Shown here: positions 36,290-46,596 of the stretch, piece by piece
How positions within the stretch are numbered: position 1 is the stretch's first letter
How the letters are laid out: the number at the start of each line of letters is the position of its first letter
Source of the DNA: a virus
Lineage: Duplodnaviria > Caudoviricetes
Virus record (IMG/VR): IMGVR_UViG_3300014204_000175
Location: 6,784 to 70,783 of that record
Strand: one strand, 5' to 3'
Length of the DNA stretch: 64,000 nt
Translations under genes and position numbers: made by a program
The notes under the pieces: model-generated
Databases searched by the model: none
Told to the model about the DNA's origin: nothing
Seen by the model: the letters and a program-made list of their open reading frames with translations, nothing else

Positions 36290-36346
36290 ATCCCCTCCCC
36301 TTTCTTAACCTAATTATACTCCGCTTTACTTTATTTCCGTTGTAAA

Positions 36347-37282
36347 TTATGAGGCAACAGTATAGAAACAATCCTTTGATAATGCCGCCTTGCCTGAATA
36401 CATATAAGACTGCTCAAAATTCTTTATGATCGCTGCCGGCAATTCGCCATCCTTCTGAGATTTCTTGTTCAAAAGAACTGAGTTCATATACCCCAAAATG
36501 GCACGCCGAATACTCTCCGGTTCATCTTTAAGTTCTTTGAGGATAATAGCAATTTCACCCCAGGGCTTCTGTGCCAATAATGCCCGGCACAACTCAATCA
36601 CTTCGTGGTGAACGTTTGCATGAATTAAGGTTCTTGCTTCGTTTTCATCCTCGACATTTCTAACCAGATCCAAGGCAACCAGAATCTCTCTAGGAATACA
36701 GAAATCGTGTTCCTCTTGGAAGCTGTCAATAATGGCCTGGCGAATTGCCGGCGATATCCGAAACCCTTCCTTCTTGCAAATATATTTGATAAAATCCCCT
36801 GCCTGGGCATCCGTAAATGGTTTTACCTCATAGCATTTGGACCGGCTTTTTATTGTTGTTGGGACCTTATTCAAGGCTGTTGTGGCAAATACAAAATAAC
36901 AGTGGTCTGGCGGAGCCTCCAGTGTCTTTAGCAACGAATCACTTGCCTGGCCGGAAAGCCGATGGCATTCATCTATAATATAAATTTTATATTTGCCTCC
37001 CAGAGGAGAGAATTGCGCCGCTTCTTTAATCGCCCTGGCGTTATCAACCCCGGTCGCATCTGCGGCATCGATCTCACTAACATCAATATCGGAAATTCCC
37101 AACTGGGCAGCGATTAACCTGGCCAGCGTTGTTTTTCCACAACCTCTTGGCCCATAAAACAAGAATGTTCTGGTTCTATCCAAAACGTCCAATACCGATT
37201 TTTTCAAAGCCTCATTCCCAAACAACTCATCGAATGTTTTTGGCCGATATTTGAGATGAAGTTCCACCCGATCTGCTTTCAT
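36347..37282 (-). CDS. dnaX: DNA polymerase III gamma/tau-like clamp loader subunit
   Basis: KYRPKTFDEL.G, GPRGCGKTT, EIDAA, IIDECH and LLKTLEAPP. Confidence 0.92.
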   Translation of the reverse strand: MKADRVELHLKYRPKTFDELFGNEALKKSVLDVLDRTRTFLFYGPRGCGKTTLARLIAAQLGISDIDVSEIDAADATGVDNARAIKEAAQFSPLGGKYKIYIIDECHRLSGQASDSLLKTLEAPPDHCYFVFATTALNKVPTTIKSRSKCYEVKPFTDAQAGDFIKYICKKEGFRISPAIRQAIIDSFQEEHDFCIPREILVALDLVRNVEDENEARTLIHANVHHEVIELCRALLAQKPWGEIAIILKELKDEPESIRRAILGYMNSVLLNKKSQKDGELPAAIIKNFEQSYMYSGKAALSKDCFYTVAS

Positions 37283-40200
37283 TTAAAGCCTCCCATAGAT
37301 TGTATTTTATTTGCAAAATTCCTTATCCCCTCTTCAAACATCCTTTTGTTTTCTGCTGGATTTCTCAGAACCGATGACGGATGAACACACCACAAAACAT
37401 AAATGCCCTTGCTCTCAACCCACTCCAAGGTTCCACTAAGTTTTGTTATTCCTCCATCTTCCCCTTTAAAATATTTTAGCGCGGTATTTCCTAATCCTAA
37501 GCACAATCTGGCGCCTGTCATTTTTATCTCTTTGTCCAACCATGTAGAACAGGACTCAATATGATCTGCCTTTGGCGTCTTAACTGGCCCCGGAAAACAT
37601 TTGCAAACATTTGTGACATGAAACCACCGTCTCGTCAACGAGTATTTAAACAGTTCTGCCCACAACAGTTTGCCAGCCTTTCCATAAAATCCCTTCCCCT
37701 CAGCATCTTCGTCGAAGCCTGGGGCTTCCCCGACAATCATAACGTTATATATCCCAAAAGATGGCAGAACCGGCTGGCGAGCATGATCTCTCAAGGCACA
37801 TCCCTTGCAACACAATAGCTCCGGATCTCGCCAGTGCTTTTTGATTGCATAGCAATCTGGCAATCTTGACTCAATTGGATTCAATATTCCAGATATGTCA
37901 AACCCAAAATATTTGGCCAAATCTCCTTTTGGATTATTCCCATCTGCGCCAATCTCTTCAATCAATTTCCCCATCTTCCCAGATGGCTGCCTTTCTGCCA
38001 GACAAAAAAAACCATCCCCGGTTGGTGGTTTATAACGAGCAATATCATCTGCCAACTTTGGCCCAACTCCTTTCACTTCAATAAACGGGACATAGATATT
38101 GCCATCCTTGACTACCCATTTATGTGCGTCAGATATTCCAAGCCTTGGCAAAACAACCTTCAGCCCAATACGTCGGGCCTCCTTAACCAACTCTTCTTTT
38201 TTCCCGTCAGATCCATATGTCAAATTTGCACAAATAAATTCGGCTGGGAAATACAACTTCAAAAATGCGCACCAGTATGAAATCATGGCGTACTCGACGG
38301 AGTGAGACTTGTTGAAACTGTATCTTGCATGGTTCTGAAGCGCCTCCCAAAACTCTTTTGCCTCCGCCACGGACAACGTGCCTTCCTTTTGACAACCCTC
38401 AACGAACATTTGTTCGTATTGGGCAAACTGTTTGGCATCCCGCTTTTTTGCAACAATCTTCCTTATTTTATCCGCCACCGTGTACGGTAGCCCCGCAACG
38501 AGATTTATTACCTGCATAACCTGCTCTTGGTACACAATAATGCCAAACGTATCTTTCGTTATCCTCTCATAAATACGATGCTTCTTGACCCATTTGGACC
38601 CATGTTTCCGTTTGGTAAAATCTGCTGTCATTCCGCTATCTGCGGGACCAGGTCTAACAAGAGCAACAACAGCCGACATCATGCCAAAATCTTCAACCCC
38701 AATTTCCTTGACCAACTTGGTTGTAGCCCAAGTATTGAATTGAAAAACGCCTACTGTTTCCCCTCTCGATAACATTTCAAAAACCTGATTGTTATCAAGC
38801 GCTATCTTATCAAAAACAATGTCGTGACCATGGTTCTGTTTGATTAATCGTTTTGCTTCTCCCAACACAGATAACGTACTGAGCCCAAGGGCGTCAAGTT
38901 TCATCAATCCGACATACTCTGCATCGTCCTTGTGCCAATTTACAACTTCCTGCTCTGACCGTACCGCCAAATTGCCCCTGGTGCCTTGAGTCAAATCCTC
39001 TGCGGAAACGATAAGTGCCGCTGCGTGCTGAGAAGTGCCCCGAATCTGCCCTTCCAACCGGATGGCATAATCAACAGCTTTGGGATATTTTTCTGTGAAT
39101 CTCAGCCCCTCTGGGGTGTCCTTTGCTGCCTGTTCCACTGAGTTATTATCATTTTCCTCGTCGAATATCGCCTTGGCAAATTCATCGACATCCTTGTATG
39201 GGATATCAAAAACCCTGGAAACATCACGAATAACCGCCCTGCCTTTCATTTTCATGAAAGTGGAAACCGACGCGATATGATTTTTTCCATACAATTCTTC
39301 AAGATGTTGACGAACCAATGGCCGTTTTGCATCTTCAAAGTCCATGTCTATGTCCGGATAATCTATGCGATTCTCATCAATAAACCTTGAAAACAAAAGA
39401 TCATACTTGATGGGGTCAACCGCAGTAATGCCAATCAAATAGGCTATCAAACTGCCGCCAACGCTGCCTCTTCCTGGCCCAACAAGGATGTCATTTGATT
39501 TGCACCACAAGACAAGCTCATGCACCAAAAGGAAATATCTGACAAACTTCTTCATTTCAATCAGTGCAAACTCCTCGCAGAACCTGTCCCAATAGGACTG
39601 ATCCCAATTACCTTCCCCAAACAAATTCCGATATCCTTCAAGACACAGTGTCTTCAAAAACAGACTTTCATCTACCTCTTGGACACCATATATTTCTGGT
39701 AGCCAGATATCCTTCTTTTTTATCTCAAATCCGGAGCACTTTTCGGCAACCAACATTGTATTGCGGCAAGCTGTCAGATATTGAGACTTCGACAAAATGC
39801 CTTGTTCGACAAAGGCCTCCTTCATTTCTCGTTCTGATCTCAAAAAAACCGTATCGATACCAAACTTGAAACGATTCTCGTCGTTCCATTTGGCCTTTGT
39901 TTGAATAGCAAGAACTACTTGGTGAAGATCGCTATCGTGACCATTAACATAATGGCAATCGTTTGTTGCAACAAGTCGGATTCCAACATTTTGAGAAATA
40001 TCTACGCACATCCGATTAATCTGGGATTGACTATCCAAAACATGAGGCATCACCTCAAGATAAAAATCCTCTCCCATCTTGGAAGCCAATGCCATCAAAA
40101 AATCCATTCCTACTGGCGAACGCAATGGAGACTGAGTACAACCAGACAGAAAGACCAGTCCTTCATGATGACTCAAAATGGTTTCAAAATCATTCCTTGG

Positions 40201-40533
40201 CTTGCGATAAAATCCTTGCAAATTGGCCATCGTCAACATCTTGCATAGATTTTGAAACCCGGTTTCATTTTTCACTAGTGCCGTCATATGAAATCGGACA
40301 GAAGATTTCCGATCCTTCATATCCGGAACAACATATAATTCACAGCCAAATATCGGCACGATGCCAGCCTTTTTCGCTTCGGTCTGAAATGTTATCAGTC
40401 CATCGATGTTGGCGTGATTTGTAAGCGCCAAGTGGGTCTGGCCCAACTCCTTGGCACGTTTCAAATAATCCTTGGCTTTGCCCAACCCATCTAAAATACT
40501 GTATTCATTATGCGTGTGGAGGTGACAAAACAT
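37279..40533 (-). CDS. dnaE: DNA polymerase III alpha with C-terminal family-4 uracil-DNA glycosylase domain
   Basis: PHP HLHTHNEYSILDG, GRGSVGGSL, PDIDMDF, KLDALGL and YSFNKSH; then CKGC.L...MIVGEAPG..ED..G..F.GKAG...TNVCKC...HPS (about 37282-37830). Confidence 0.95.
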   Translation of the reverse strand: MFCHLHTHNEYSILDGLGKAKDYLKRAKELGQTHLALTNHANIDGLITFQTEAKKAGIVPIFGCELYVVPDMKDRKSSVRFHMTALVKNETGFQNLCKMLTMANLQGFYRKPRNDFETILSHHEGLVFLSGCTQSPLRSPVGMDFLMALASKMGEDFYLEVMPHVLDSQSQINRMCVDISQNVGIRLVATNDCHYVNGHDSDLHQVVLAIQTKAKWNDENRFKFGIDTVFLRSEREMKEAFVEQGILSKSQYLTACRNTMLVAEKCSGFEIKKKDIWLPEIYGVQEVDESLFLKTLCLEGYRNLFGEGNWDQSYWDRFCEEFALIEMKKFVRYFLLVHELVLWCKSNDILVGPGRGSVGGSLIAYLIGITAVDPIKYDLLFSRFIDENRIDYPDIDMDFEDAKRPLVRQHLEELYGKNHIASVSTFMKMKGRAVIRDVSRVFDIPYKDVDEFAKAIFDEENDNNSVEQAAKDTPEGLRFTEKYPKAVDYAIRLEGQIRGTSQHAAALIVSAEDLTQGTRGNLAVRSEQEVVNWHKDDAEYVGLMKLDALGLSTLSVLGEAKRLIKQNHGHDIVFDKIALDNNQVFEMLSRGETVGVFQFNTWATTKLVKEIGVEDFGMMSAVVALVRPGPADSGMTADFTKRKHGSKWVKKHRIYERITKDTFGIIVYQEQVMQVINLVAGLPYTVADKIRKIVAKKRDAKQFAQYEQMFVEGCQKEGTLSVAEAKEFWEALQNHARYSFNKSHSVEYAMISYWCAFLKLYFPAEFICANLTYGSDGKKEELVKEARRIGLKVVLPRLGISDAHKWVVKDGNIYVPFIEVKGVGPKLADDIARYKPPTGDGFFCLAERQPSGKMGKLIEEIGADGNNPKGDLAKYFGFDISGILNPIESRLPDCYAIKKHWRDPELLCCKGCALRDHARQPVLPSFGIYNVMIVGEAPGFDEDAEGKGFYGKAGKLLWAELFKYSLTRRWFHVTNVCKCFPGPVKTPKADHIESCSTWLDKEIKMTGARLCLGLGNTALKYFKGEDGGITKLSGTLEWVESKGIYVLWCVHPSSVLRNPAENKRMFEEGIRNFANKIQSMGGFK

Positions 40534-40536
40534 ACA

Positions 40537-41592
40537 TCAATCCTTTGTCGCAATAATCAAAGCGAGTATGCATTCAAACGTGGCGCTTTTCATCAATATG
40601 TATTTGTTGTCCTTCAAGTAAAACTGATTCCCCAGTGCCAACAATGCGGCAAAATGTGCCGGTTGAACCTTTAATGTTACATCTTCTGGAAATGACCATT
40701 TGGCGTCCTTGACGATCTTGTCTTTGAGTTCTCCGTATTGTTTGGCGCCAGAAACAATCATATTTCCCTTGGCGTCAAGAGAAAGTTCAACATATTCAGA
40801 GCCTTCTTGTGTGGCAAAAGACATGACGCTTGCCCGTTCGATGGATTCCAATAATCCTGACGGGAAAACATATTGTTTCTCGTCTGTCTCGTCGAAATTC
40901 AGAAAATTCTTAATGGCGTCCCTGGGAAAATCGGCATTCAATTTACGAACACTAAACTGAAGCCCCGATTTTGCCTTGAAATGAACCCAAGATTCGCCAA
41001 CTGAAAATTCCTCAAGGTCTACAAATTTGATCAGCTCTTTCACAGATCCAATGGGCAAAACCAAATCTCCTTTGAGGGATCTGAATTCAAGCGGATAAAA
41101 CCCCGCCTTCATCCGGTCGCTGGCCGCCAAGCCATCCCTCGCAATAGATACCCCGCAAAGTGGCGTCATAGCCGTATTGGTGGTTGCGAACCCGCTGACA
41201 ATGGAAAGCGCGGACACGAAGTCTTTTGGCAATTTGTGCCATTTGACATCACCTAGCGCCAGATTGTCGACGAGCGACAAAATGGAAGAACTGTCTGACG
41301 ACACCATCTTCAAAACGGTTTTGCCTCCAGACATTTGAACCTTTCCATCATCCAACAAAATCATCTTAATTTCATCAGAATTGATTCGGGACAATACCCG
41401 GAAAAACTCCTGCGCTTTCACCAAACATTTGATGCCTGACTTGAAAGGATAAGAAACAGAAATCTCGTCATTAAAGGTTTTTATCCATTCGTCGTCGAAC
41501 ATAAATGAATTCGCCCCTTCCAACAACGTGTTCTTGTCTTCAACGCCAGACATAACCTTCTTTAAAACTCCCATCAACTCAGCTCTATTCAT
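40537..41592 (-). CDS. dnaN: DNA polymerase III beta-like sliding clamp
   Basis: 351 aa, adjacent to dnaE; N-terminal KTFNDEISV and ASDRMK (ATDGxR-like) motif; three-domain size. Confidence 0.75.
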   Translation of the reverse strand: MNRAELMGVLKKVMSGVEDKNTLLEGANSFMFDDEWIKTFNDEISVSYPFKSGIKCLVKAQEFFRVLSRINSDEIKMILLDDGKVQMSGGKTVLKMVSSDSSSILSLVDNLALGDVKWHKLPKDFVSALSIVSGFATTNTAMTPLCGVSIARDGLAASDRMKAGFYPLEFRSLKGDLVLPIGSVKELIKFVDLEEFSVGESWVHFKAKSGLQFSVRKLNADFPRDAIKNFLNFDETDEKQYVFPSGLLESIERASVMSFATQEGSEYVELSLDAKGNMIVSGAKQYGELKDKIVKDAKWSFPEDVTLKVQPAHFAALLALGNQFYLKDNKYILMKSATFECILALIIATKD

Positions 41593-41611
41593 TTGCTCCT
41601 CCTTGTTTATA

Positions 41612-43066
41612 TTATACTACCTCTCCGAGAAATTTGTGCGAATAATCCAAATCCCAAGACCTGTATTCATAAACCACATCTTCGTTCTGGTCAACGCCAA
41701 CAGGATGCATAACCCCGGCAAAATAAATGAACGGACTCCGTGGGTGATACGGATTGTTCCATTTGTTGCGCATGGCATCTCCGAACGTAAAATACTTTCT
41801 GACCCGCTTTGCGTGCCAGCCACCGCAATTATACATCTCAACTGCCCGTACATTATGAGCCCACTCAGGAGCCCAATCCGCGTATGTAACTCTTCGTCGT
41901 ATTCCCTTATCAAAATCCTTCTTCATTTCATGAACAACATTTGTCAACTGCCGACGACTCCAGTTGCCGAATATCGGGTCGTTGGGCAATATGCCGCAAC
42001 AACAGCCTGTGTCATTAAACTCCTTGAAGTGAGGATCGCTACAAGCGAAAACCATCCCCAGTTTATGGGCGTAGTCGCGTACCTTTGCCGTCATATCAAA
42101 CTTGTAGTCCCGGCTACCACGCCTGCAAGCTTCAACCGACCGGCTCATGGCATTCCATTTATCCCCAAACTTAACGTCGCCCATCGCCTTGAACATATTA
42201 TGATACATGATCTTCTGGCGAGTGGTTGGAGCACTCTCAAGGAAAATGAATTCAAAACTGACAGCCTTTGCCCCAGCATCTGCAGACTTGTCAAGCAAAC
42301 GCTGCCAGCCGTTATTGTGGTCAGACAGCCCCGGCAAGAATGGCCTGAAGCGCACACTGACCGGATGGCCAGCCTGAGCATATGCCTTCATCGCTGCAAA
42401 ACGTTCCGTTGCGTTTGGAGCCGCAACATCAACAGCCGTTAAAAGGTCATCATCGGCTGATATGATGCTGAACGCAAACCAGAAATGCTCTGGCGTCTTG
42501 TGAAAGGCGTCCCGGTATTCCTTCAACATCATTGTCTTTGCGCCTTTTGTACCAATACGCACCGGCTGCTTAAACCGCTGGAAAATAGGGATGGCCTTCA
42601 GCAGCCAGCCACTATGTTTTTCTATCTCGTCAAGCGGATCGCCAAGCGCACCAAGCTGGACAGGGCAACCCTGATTCAAAAGCGGATACATCGCTTTGGC
42701 AACGCCGCCCAATTCCCGGTTCAAGAATTTCTCCAGCCCGGAAATCTTCCATTCAGAATACAGCGTTCCTTTTTCAAAAAGCTTGCGGATTTTGTCCGGA
42801 TTGCGGTCTGGCGCCCTCATCAAATTATTGGCAAAGCAGTATTGGCAACCATAAGAACAGCCGCTGTGTGAGTCTAAAGATATTGGCAGGGCGCAATCCA
42901 TTGCATCACTGGTGAATCTTACCCCATTGTAATCTTGGGGCATAGGCACACTTAGGATCTCCTCACGCCGCTCATCAGAAACGTACGGGAGGCAAACGCC
43001 ATCTTTGCATAAATCAGCCATCCTTGATGGACAGCCCTTACAAACAAGGTGAAGATTCTCTCTCAT
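41612..43066 (-). CDS. Radical SAM enzyme 1 (SPL-like)
   Basis: DCALPISLDSHSGCSYGCQYCF (CxxxCxxC), DP, TK and RFRP motifs, late GCCCG. Confidence 0.9.
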   Translation of the reverse strand: MRENLHLVCKGCPSRMADLCKDGVCLPYVSDERREEILSVPMPQDYNGVRFTSDAMDCALPISLDSHSGCSYGCQYCFANNLMRAPDRNPDKIRKLFEKGTLYSEWKISGLEKFLNRELGGVAKAMYPLLNQGCPVQLGALGDPLDEIEKHSGWLLKAIPIFQRFKQPVRIGTKGAKTMMLKEYRDAFHKTPEHFWFAFSIISADDDLLTAVDVAAPNATERFAAMKAYAQAGHPVSVRFRPFLPGLSDHNNGWQRLLDKSADAGAKAVSFEFIFLESAPTTRQKIMYHNMFKAMGDVKFGDKWNAMSRSVEACRRGSRDYKFDMTAKVRDYAHKLGMVFACSDPHFKEFNDTGCCCGILPNDPIFGNWSRRQLTNVVHEMKKDFDKGIRRRVTYADWAPEWAHNVRAVEMYNCGGWHAKRVRKYFTFGDAMRNKWNNPYHPRSPFIYFAGVMHPVGVDQNEDVVYEYRSWDLDYSHKFLGEVV

Positions 43067-43320
43067 TTTCCCGCCTTCCTGACCAATTCGGCCAGCGCCA
43101 CCGCATTCATATCCGGATGGGATTTGACGTGAATATTGTTCCGGGCCAACTTGGACAAGACGAGGTTGTAGTCGTCATCATTGTCAAAATAGAATATGAG
43201 AAATTTCCTCAGCCCATGATCCGTTTTACCGTTGATGCTCTCTGGGAAAAAGAACAGACCGTCCTTGCTTTTCAACTCCTTGTCCGTATCATCAATACGG
43301 GAGTAATCGCCCTTTGCCAT
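43063..43320 (-). CDS. Hypothetical protein
   Basis: 85 aa with AGGAGG RBS. Confidence 0.6.
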   Translation of the reverse strand: MAKGDYSRIDDTDKELKSKDGLFFFPESINGKTDHGLRKFLIFYFDNDDDYNLVLSKLARNNIHVKSHPDMNAVALAELVRKAGK

Positions 43321-43328
43321 ACAACCTC

Positions 43329-44075
43329 CTATTTGTAAGAATAAATATCGTTAACCTTAATTGGGTTGAGCTTTGTCTTGAAACGATAAAGTTCTTGGTT
43401 ATCCAAACATCCACCGTCGTTTACAAGCTTGTTGATCAATGGGTCAGTGTAAAACAGCAGCCGCATGTATTCACTCAGGTGCTGCCCCGGCTTGCAAAAG
43501 CAATACCTGAAATTGATGTACATATAATTTTCATCCCAGATATTGACACCATACACTTCGCCATTGTCGTCAGTTAGAATCTTGACGTTTTGCCCTGACT
43601 CCATGTATTTTATCATTGTCTCATCATCGACAATGACCCGTTCCTTTTCGCTTAACCATTCAACAAGAACCTCTGATAAATCGTCGTCTGGTTGAACCGG
43701 CCTGTATTGTAGCCGTAGGTCAGGATTGCGATTGACAAACTTGCGGGAGTTTTTTCTGAATGTTTGCCAGTCGCCGCCAGCAAGATCAAAAAACCGTTTC
43801 GGGTCATATATAAAATTGTAATCCAAAAATTGAAGAGCAAATTGAGTTCCCCCAAGCGTTCCCAACGTAGCCCAAACGCTGGCATTCCCCAAATACACCT
43901 CTCCGCCAGTAGTGTCTATCGGCGGCAACATAACTACATCTTCATCAAAGACATAGATTGCATCACCGTCCCAACAAACCTGCCAACCGGCCTTTTGAAA
44001 ATATTCCTCTGAGCACCAGAAATTCGGTTCAATCCCAAACATTTTCAGCGCTTCAAGGTAATCATTTGTTGCCAT
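43329..44075 (-). CDS. DUF2156 / MprF C-terminal-like GNAT-fold transferase
   Basis: DYNFIYD...DLAGGDWQTFRKNSRKF and VNDGGCLDNQELYRFKTKLNP match the DUF2156 pattern (Y.Y...L..L.G......R...N.F ... N...D.G..GL...K....P). Confidence 0.7.
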   Translation of the reverse strand: MATNDYLEALKMFGIEPNFWCSEEYFQKAGWQVCWDGDAIYVFDEDVVMLPPIDTTGGEVYLGNASVWATLGTLGGTQFALQFLDYNFIYDPKRFFDLAGGDWQTFRKNSRKFVNRNPDLRLQYRPVQPDDDLSEVLVEWLSEKERVIVDDETMIKYMESGQNVKILTDDNGEVYGVNIWDENYMYINFRYCFCKPGQHLSEYMRLLFYTDPLINKLVNDGGCLDNQELYRFKTKLNPIKVNDIYSYK

Positions 44076-44199
44076 CTAAATCCAATCCTTGCGTCTTTTC
44101 CGATTCTTTTTTTGCAAGATTTTTTACAACCTTGCCGCTTTTTATCCTATCAATCAGCTTCTTGGATATCTGCCCACTTTTACGACTTTTGCCCCCCAT
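44062..44199 (-). CDS. Small basic protein (45 aa)
   Basis: Not in the ORF track. MGGKSRKSGQISKKLIDRIKSGKVVK..., GGAGG RBS. Confidence 0.5.
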   Translation of the reverse strand: MGGKSRKSGQISKKLIDRIKSGKVVKNLAKKESEKTQGLDLDGNK

Positions 44200-44200
44200 T

Positions 44201-44911
44201 TCACCCTCCCACAACTCCCAACGATCCGAGTTCATCAAAAAGACACCATGACAAAATGCCTTTCATACCGCTTGTTTTGGCTTCAACAATAAAATAATTC
44301 AGCCCCGGCGCAAATGCAAATGAAAGCTCCTTGTCTTCAATAAACAGAGCCTCCAAATCCGATAAGCGCAACCCCATTGGCTCAAACGGTTCAACATTAT
44401 CTGTTTCAAAAAATAGCCCAGAACGATCTTTTTCTATTTCTATTATAGTCCCAGAAAAGATATCTCTCTGAATTATTTTAACACCATTGTCGTAATGAAT
44501 TTCCACATGACTCAAATCATCTTGCAGAAAAGCAAGAATAGCCTTATTCAAGGAAAAATGAGAAGCGGCCTTTTTCCGACTGAGTTTGTAATACAATTTT
44601 GATATGGTTTCAAAATCCAGTTGCTTGTTCGTTCCACATTTCTTTTTCTTGATATAGCCGTCCGCAGCTGTCTCAAAGATCAATGCCCCATCTTTTGTGT
44701 AGAAGTTTGACGACTCATAGTCGTTGACATCAAAAACGATACGCTCCTTGAATTCAGCACTGGTCTTTTTCAAGACAAAGCTCAACAATATCGTCCTGTC
44801 AAAGTTGATGATGAACACTTCCCTTTCAGAACAAAGGATGGTGTTTTTCATCTTCCCCGACTGATCCAGTGCCGCAGCATATTTAAATATGTCTTCCCTA
44901 TCTTTTTCCAC
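44201..44911 (-). CDS. Hypothetical protein (beta-rich, possibly clamp-like fold)
   Basis: 236 aa, no recognised motif. Confidence 0.6.
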   Translation of the reverse strand: MEKDREDIFKYAAALDQSGKMKNTILCSEREVFIINFDRTILLSFVLKKTSAEFKERIVFDVNDYESSNFYTKDGALIFETAADGYIKKKKCGTNKQLDFETISKLYYKLSRKKAASHFSLNKAILAFLQDDLSHVEIHYDNGVKIIQRDIFSGTIIEIEKDRSGLFFETDNVEPFEPMGLRLSDLEALFIEDKELSFAFAPGLNYFIVEAKTSGMKGILSWCLFDELGSLGVVGG

Positions 44912-45143
44912 TTAATCCCTCCTCAGTTTTCTTTTTCCAACCACCAAACCGCTCGTTGTAGCATTCTCTGCAAAGACCACGACCTTCTGTGTCATTTGGG
45001 TCATTGCTCACAGCATAAAATTCAGAAAGTTCCTTGTTCATCCCGCATGATCCTGGGCCTTGACAACGCTTTGTTGCTATACCATCTTCAAACAAAAGGA
45101 AATCCAATGGCGCTGGTTGAACCATCCTTCTTGGCGCAATCAT
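44898..45143 (-). CDS. Small Cys-containing hypothetical protein
   Basis: 81 aa; CxxxxxC...LCxxC. Confidence 0.55.
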   Translation of the reverse strand: MIAPRRMVQPAPLDFLLFEDGIATKRCQGPGSCGMNKELSEFYAVSNDPNDTEGRGLCRECYNERFGGWKKKTEEGLSGKR

Positions 45144-46567
45144 ATCACCCTCCTTAACATTTCCTCCCGGAAATCATGATCCTTGTCGAATGCCCAAACC
45201 AATCCATCCTGATCCTGACCAACGGGCAAAAGACCTGCCGCATGGTCAAGGGAAAAAGAAGTGTCTCCACAAATGTTCCACAACTGCTTCACTTCATTCT
45301 TAAATACAGATGAAAGGAAGCCGTTTTTCCCTTCAACGCGACTTGCGAAGTCCCCCCAACTTGTCTTCTGTTTGCCCCGGCCAACGATGAAACGAATGGC
45401 GCTTGTTGTATTTCCAAGGCAGAACCGATCCAGCCCAAATAGGTCGCTAACAGAACAGCAAACAGGATCATCATTGAATGGTACATTCCCTGCATCAAAT
45501 GTGGAACACTGAAGACCAGCCTTCCGAAAATAATCCATATATTTACTCAATAGTAAAGATCCAAGCCACTGTGCCCGCGACATGATCTCATACATACGCT
45601 CAAAGTCGTGGCCCAAGCGCGCAAAATTATTTTTGATCCCTGTGCCCGCAGCCGAATAACTATATGTGTCAAACGTCATGTGCGTTATTCCAGCATCCAA
45701 TATTTGCCGGATATAGTCATCAGTCATGCCCTTATCGTCATTCAGAAAAACCATGAATGGTTCTATCCGGGCAACAACCCGCACCCCGGCATCGCAGAGA
45801 TTCTTGGCGCCCCGGATGCGTTCCTTAAACTTTGGTGCTCCCGGCTCAATGCCTTTCAGAAAAACCTCGTTTGATGAAATCATTGTGATGTGGACTGCCG
45901 ACCCAGCTTTGTTTGACGCAAATGCCTTGACGTATTCATCGTCTCCCACCAGATCAGACTTGGTATTGACCATCATTGGATATTCATTCTCTGCCAAATA
46001 ATCCAGCATGTCAAGGGCAATGCGGTGCTTTGTTTCTATCGGTCTGACGAAATCCTCAAAACGGATGCCAAGCCTCATTGGCATTTCCATAGAAATTGCT
46101 TTGGCGACATCATTTAAACCATCTTTCTTTGATCCCCGATTTTTGAAAAGGATGTCGAGTTCCTTGCGGAAAAAGGCTGGACTGCAAACCCTCATCCCCA
46201 TGCCTTTTGTATTGTCAAAAAAAGAACTGTAAAGTGACGCTCTGGCATAATCAGCAAAACAATACGAGCAATGGTACGGGCAGAGCTTTGAATCATATAT
46301 GTCCAAATTTAGAGACATTGGGCAAGCTTGAGAGCGCAAACTGACTTCGATGAACGATTGCATTTCTTCCAGATTCAAATTGCGCTCTTTTTTCGCCATT
46401 TCTCCCTTCTCAATATTGAACTGAAAATAATTTGATTTACGACCCTTTTCCTTGACCAAACTTTGTTTATCCTTTTGGGCAAGGAATACGCCCATCCTCG
46501 GCACCAACTTTGCTACTTGTTGTCTTAATTCCCAATAATCGGCCACTATCACGCTCCTATATTCCAA
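45140..46567 (-). CDS. Radical SAM enzyme 2 (SPL-like)
   Basis: ACPMSLNLDIYDSKLCPYHCSYCF, NTKS, IEPGAP, RIEPF and late VCCS. Exact start uncertain. Confidence 0.9.
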   Translation of the reverse strand: MEYRSVIVADYWELRQQVAKLVPRMGVFLAQKDKQSLVKEKGRKSNYFQFNIEKGEMAKKERNLNLEEMQSFIEVSLRSQACPMSLNLDIYDSKLCPYHCSYCFADYARASLYSSFFDNTKGMGMRVCSPAFFRKELDILFKNRGSKKDGLNDVAKAISMEMPMRLGIRFEDFVRPIETKHRIALDMLDYLAENEYPMMVNTKSDLVGDDEYVKAFASNKAGSAVHITMISSNEVFLKGIEPGAPKFKERIRGAKNLCDAGVRVVARIEPFMVFLNDDKGMTDDYIRQILDAGITHMTFDTYSYSAAGTGIKNNFARLGHDFERMYEIMSRAQWLGSLLLSKYMDYFRKAGLQCSTFDAGNVPFNDDPVCCSVSDLFGLDRFCLGNTTSAIRFIVGRGKQKTSWGDFASRVEGKNGFLSSVFKNEVKQLWNICGDTSFSLDHAAGLLPVGQDQDGLVWAFDKDHDFREEMLRRVI

Positions 46568-46596
46568 AACAGTATTGGTTCTTTAAACTCAATATT

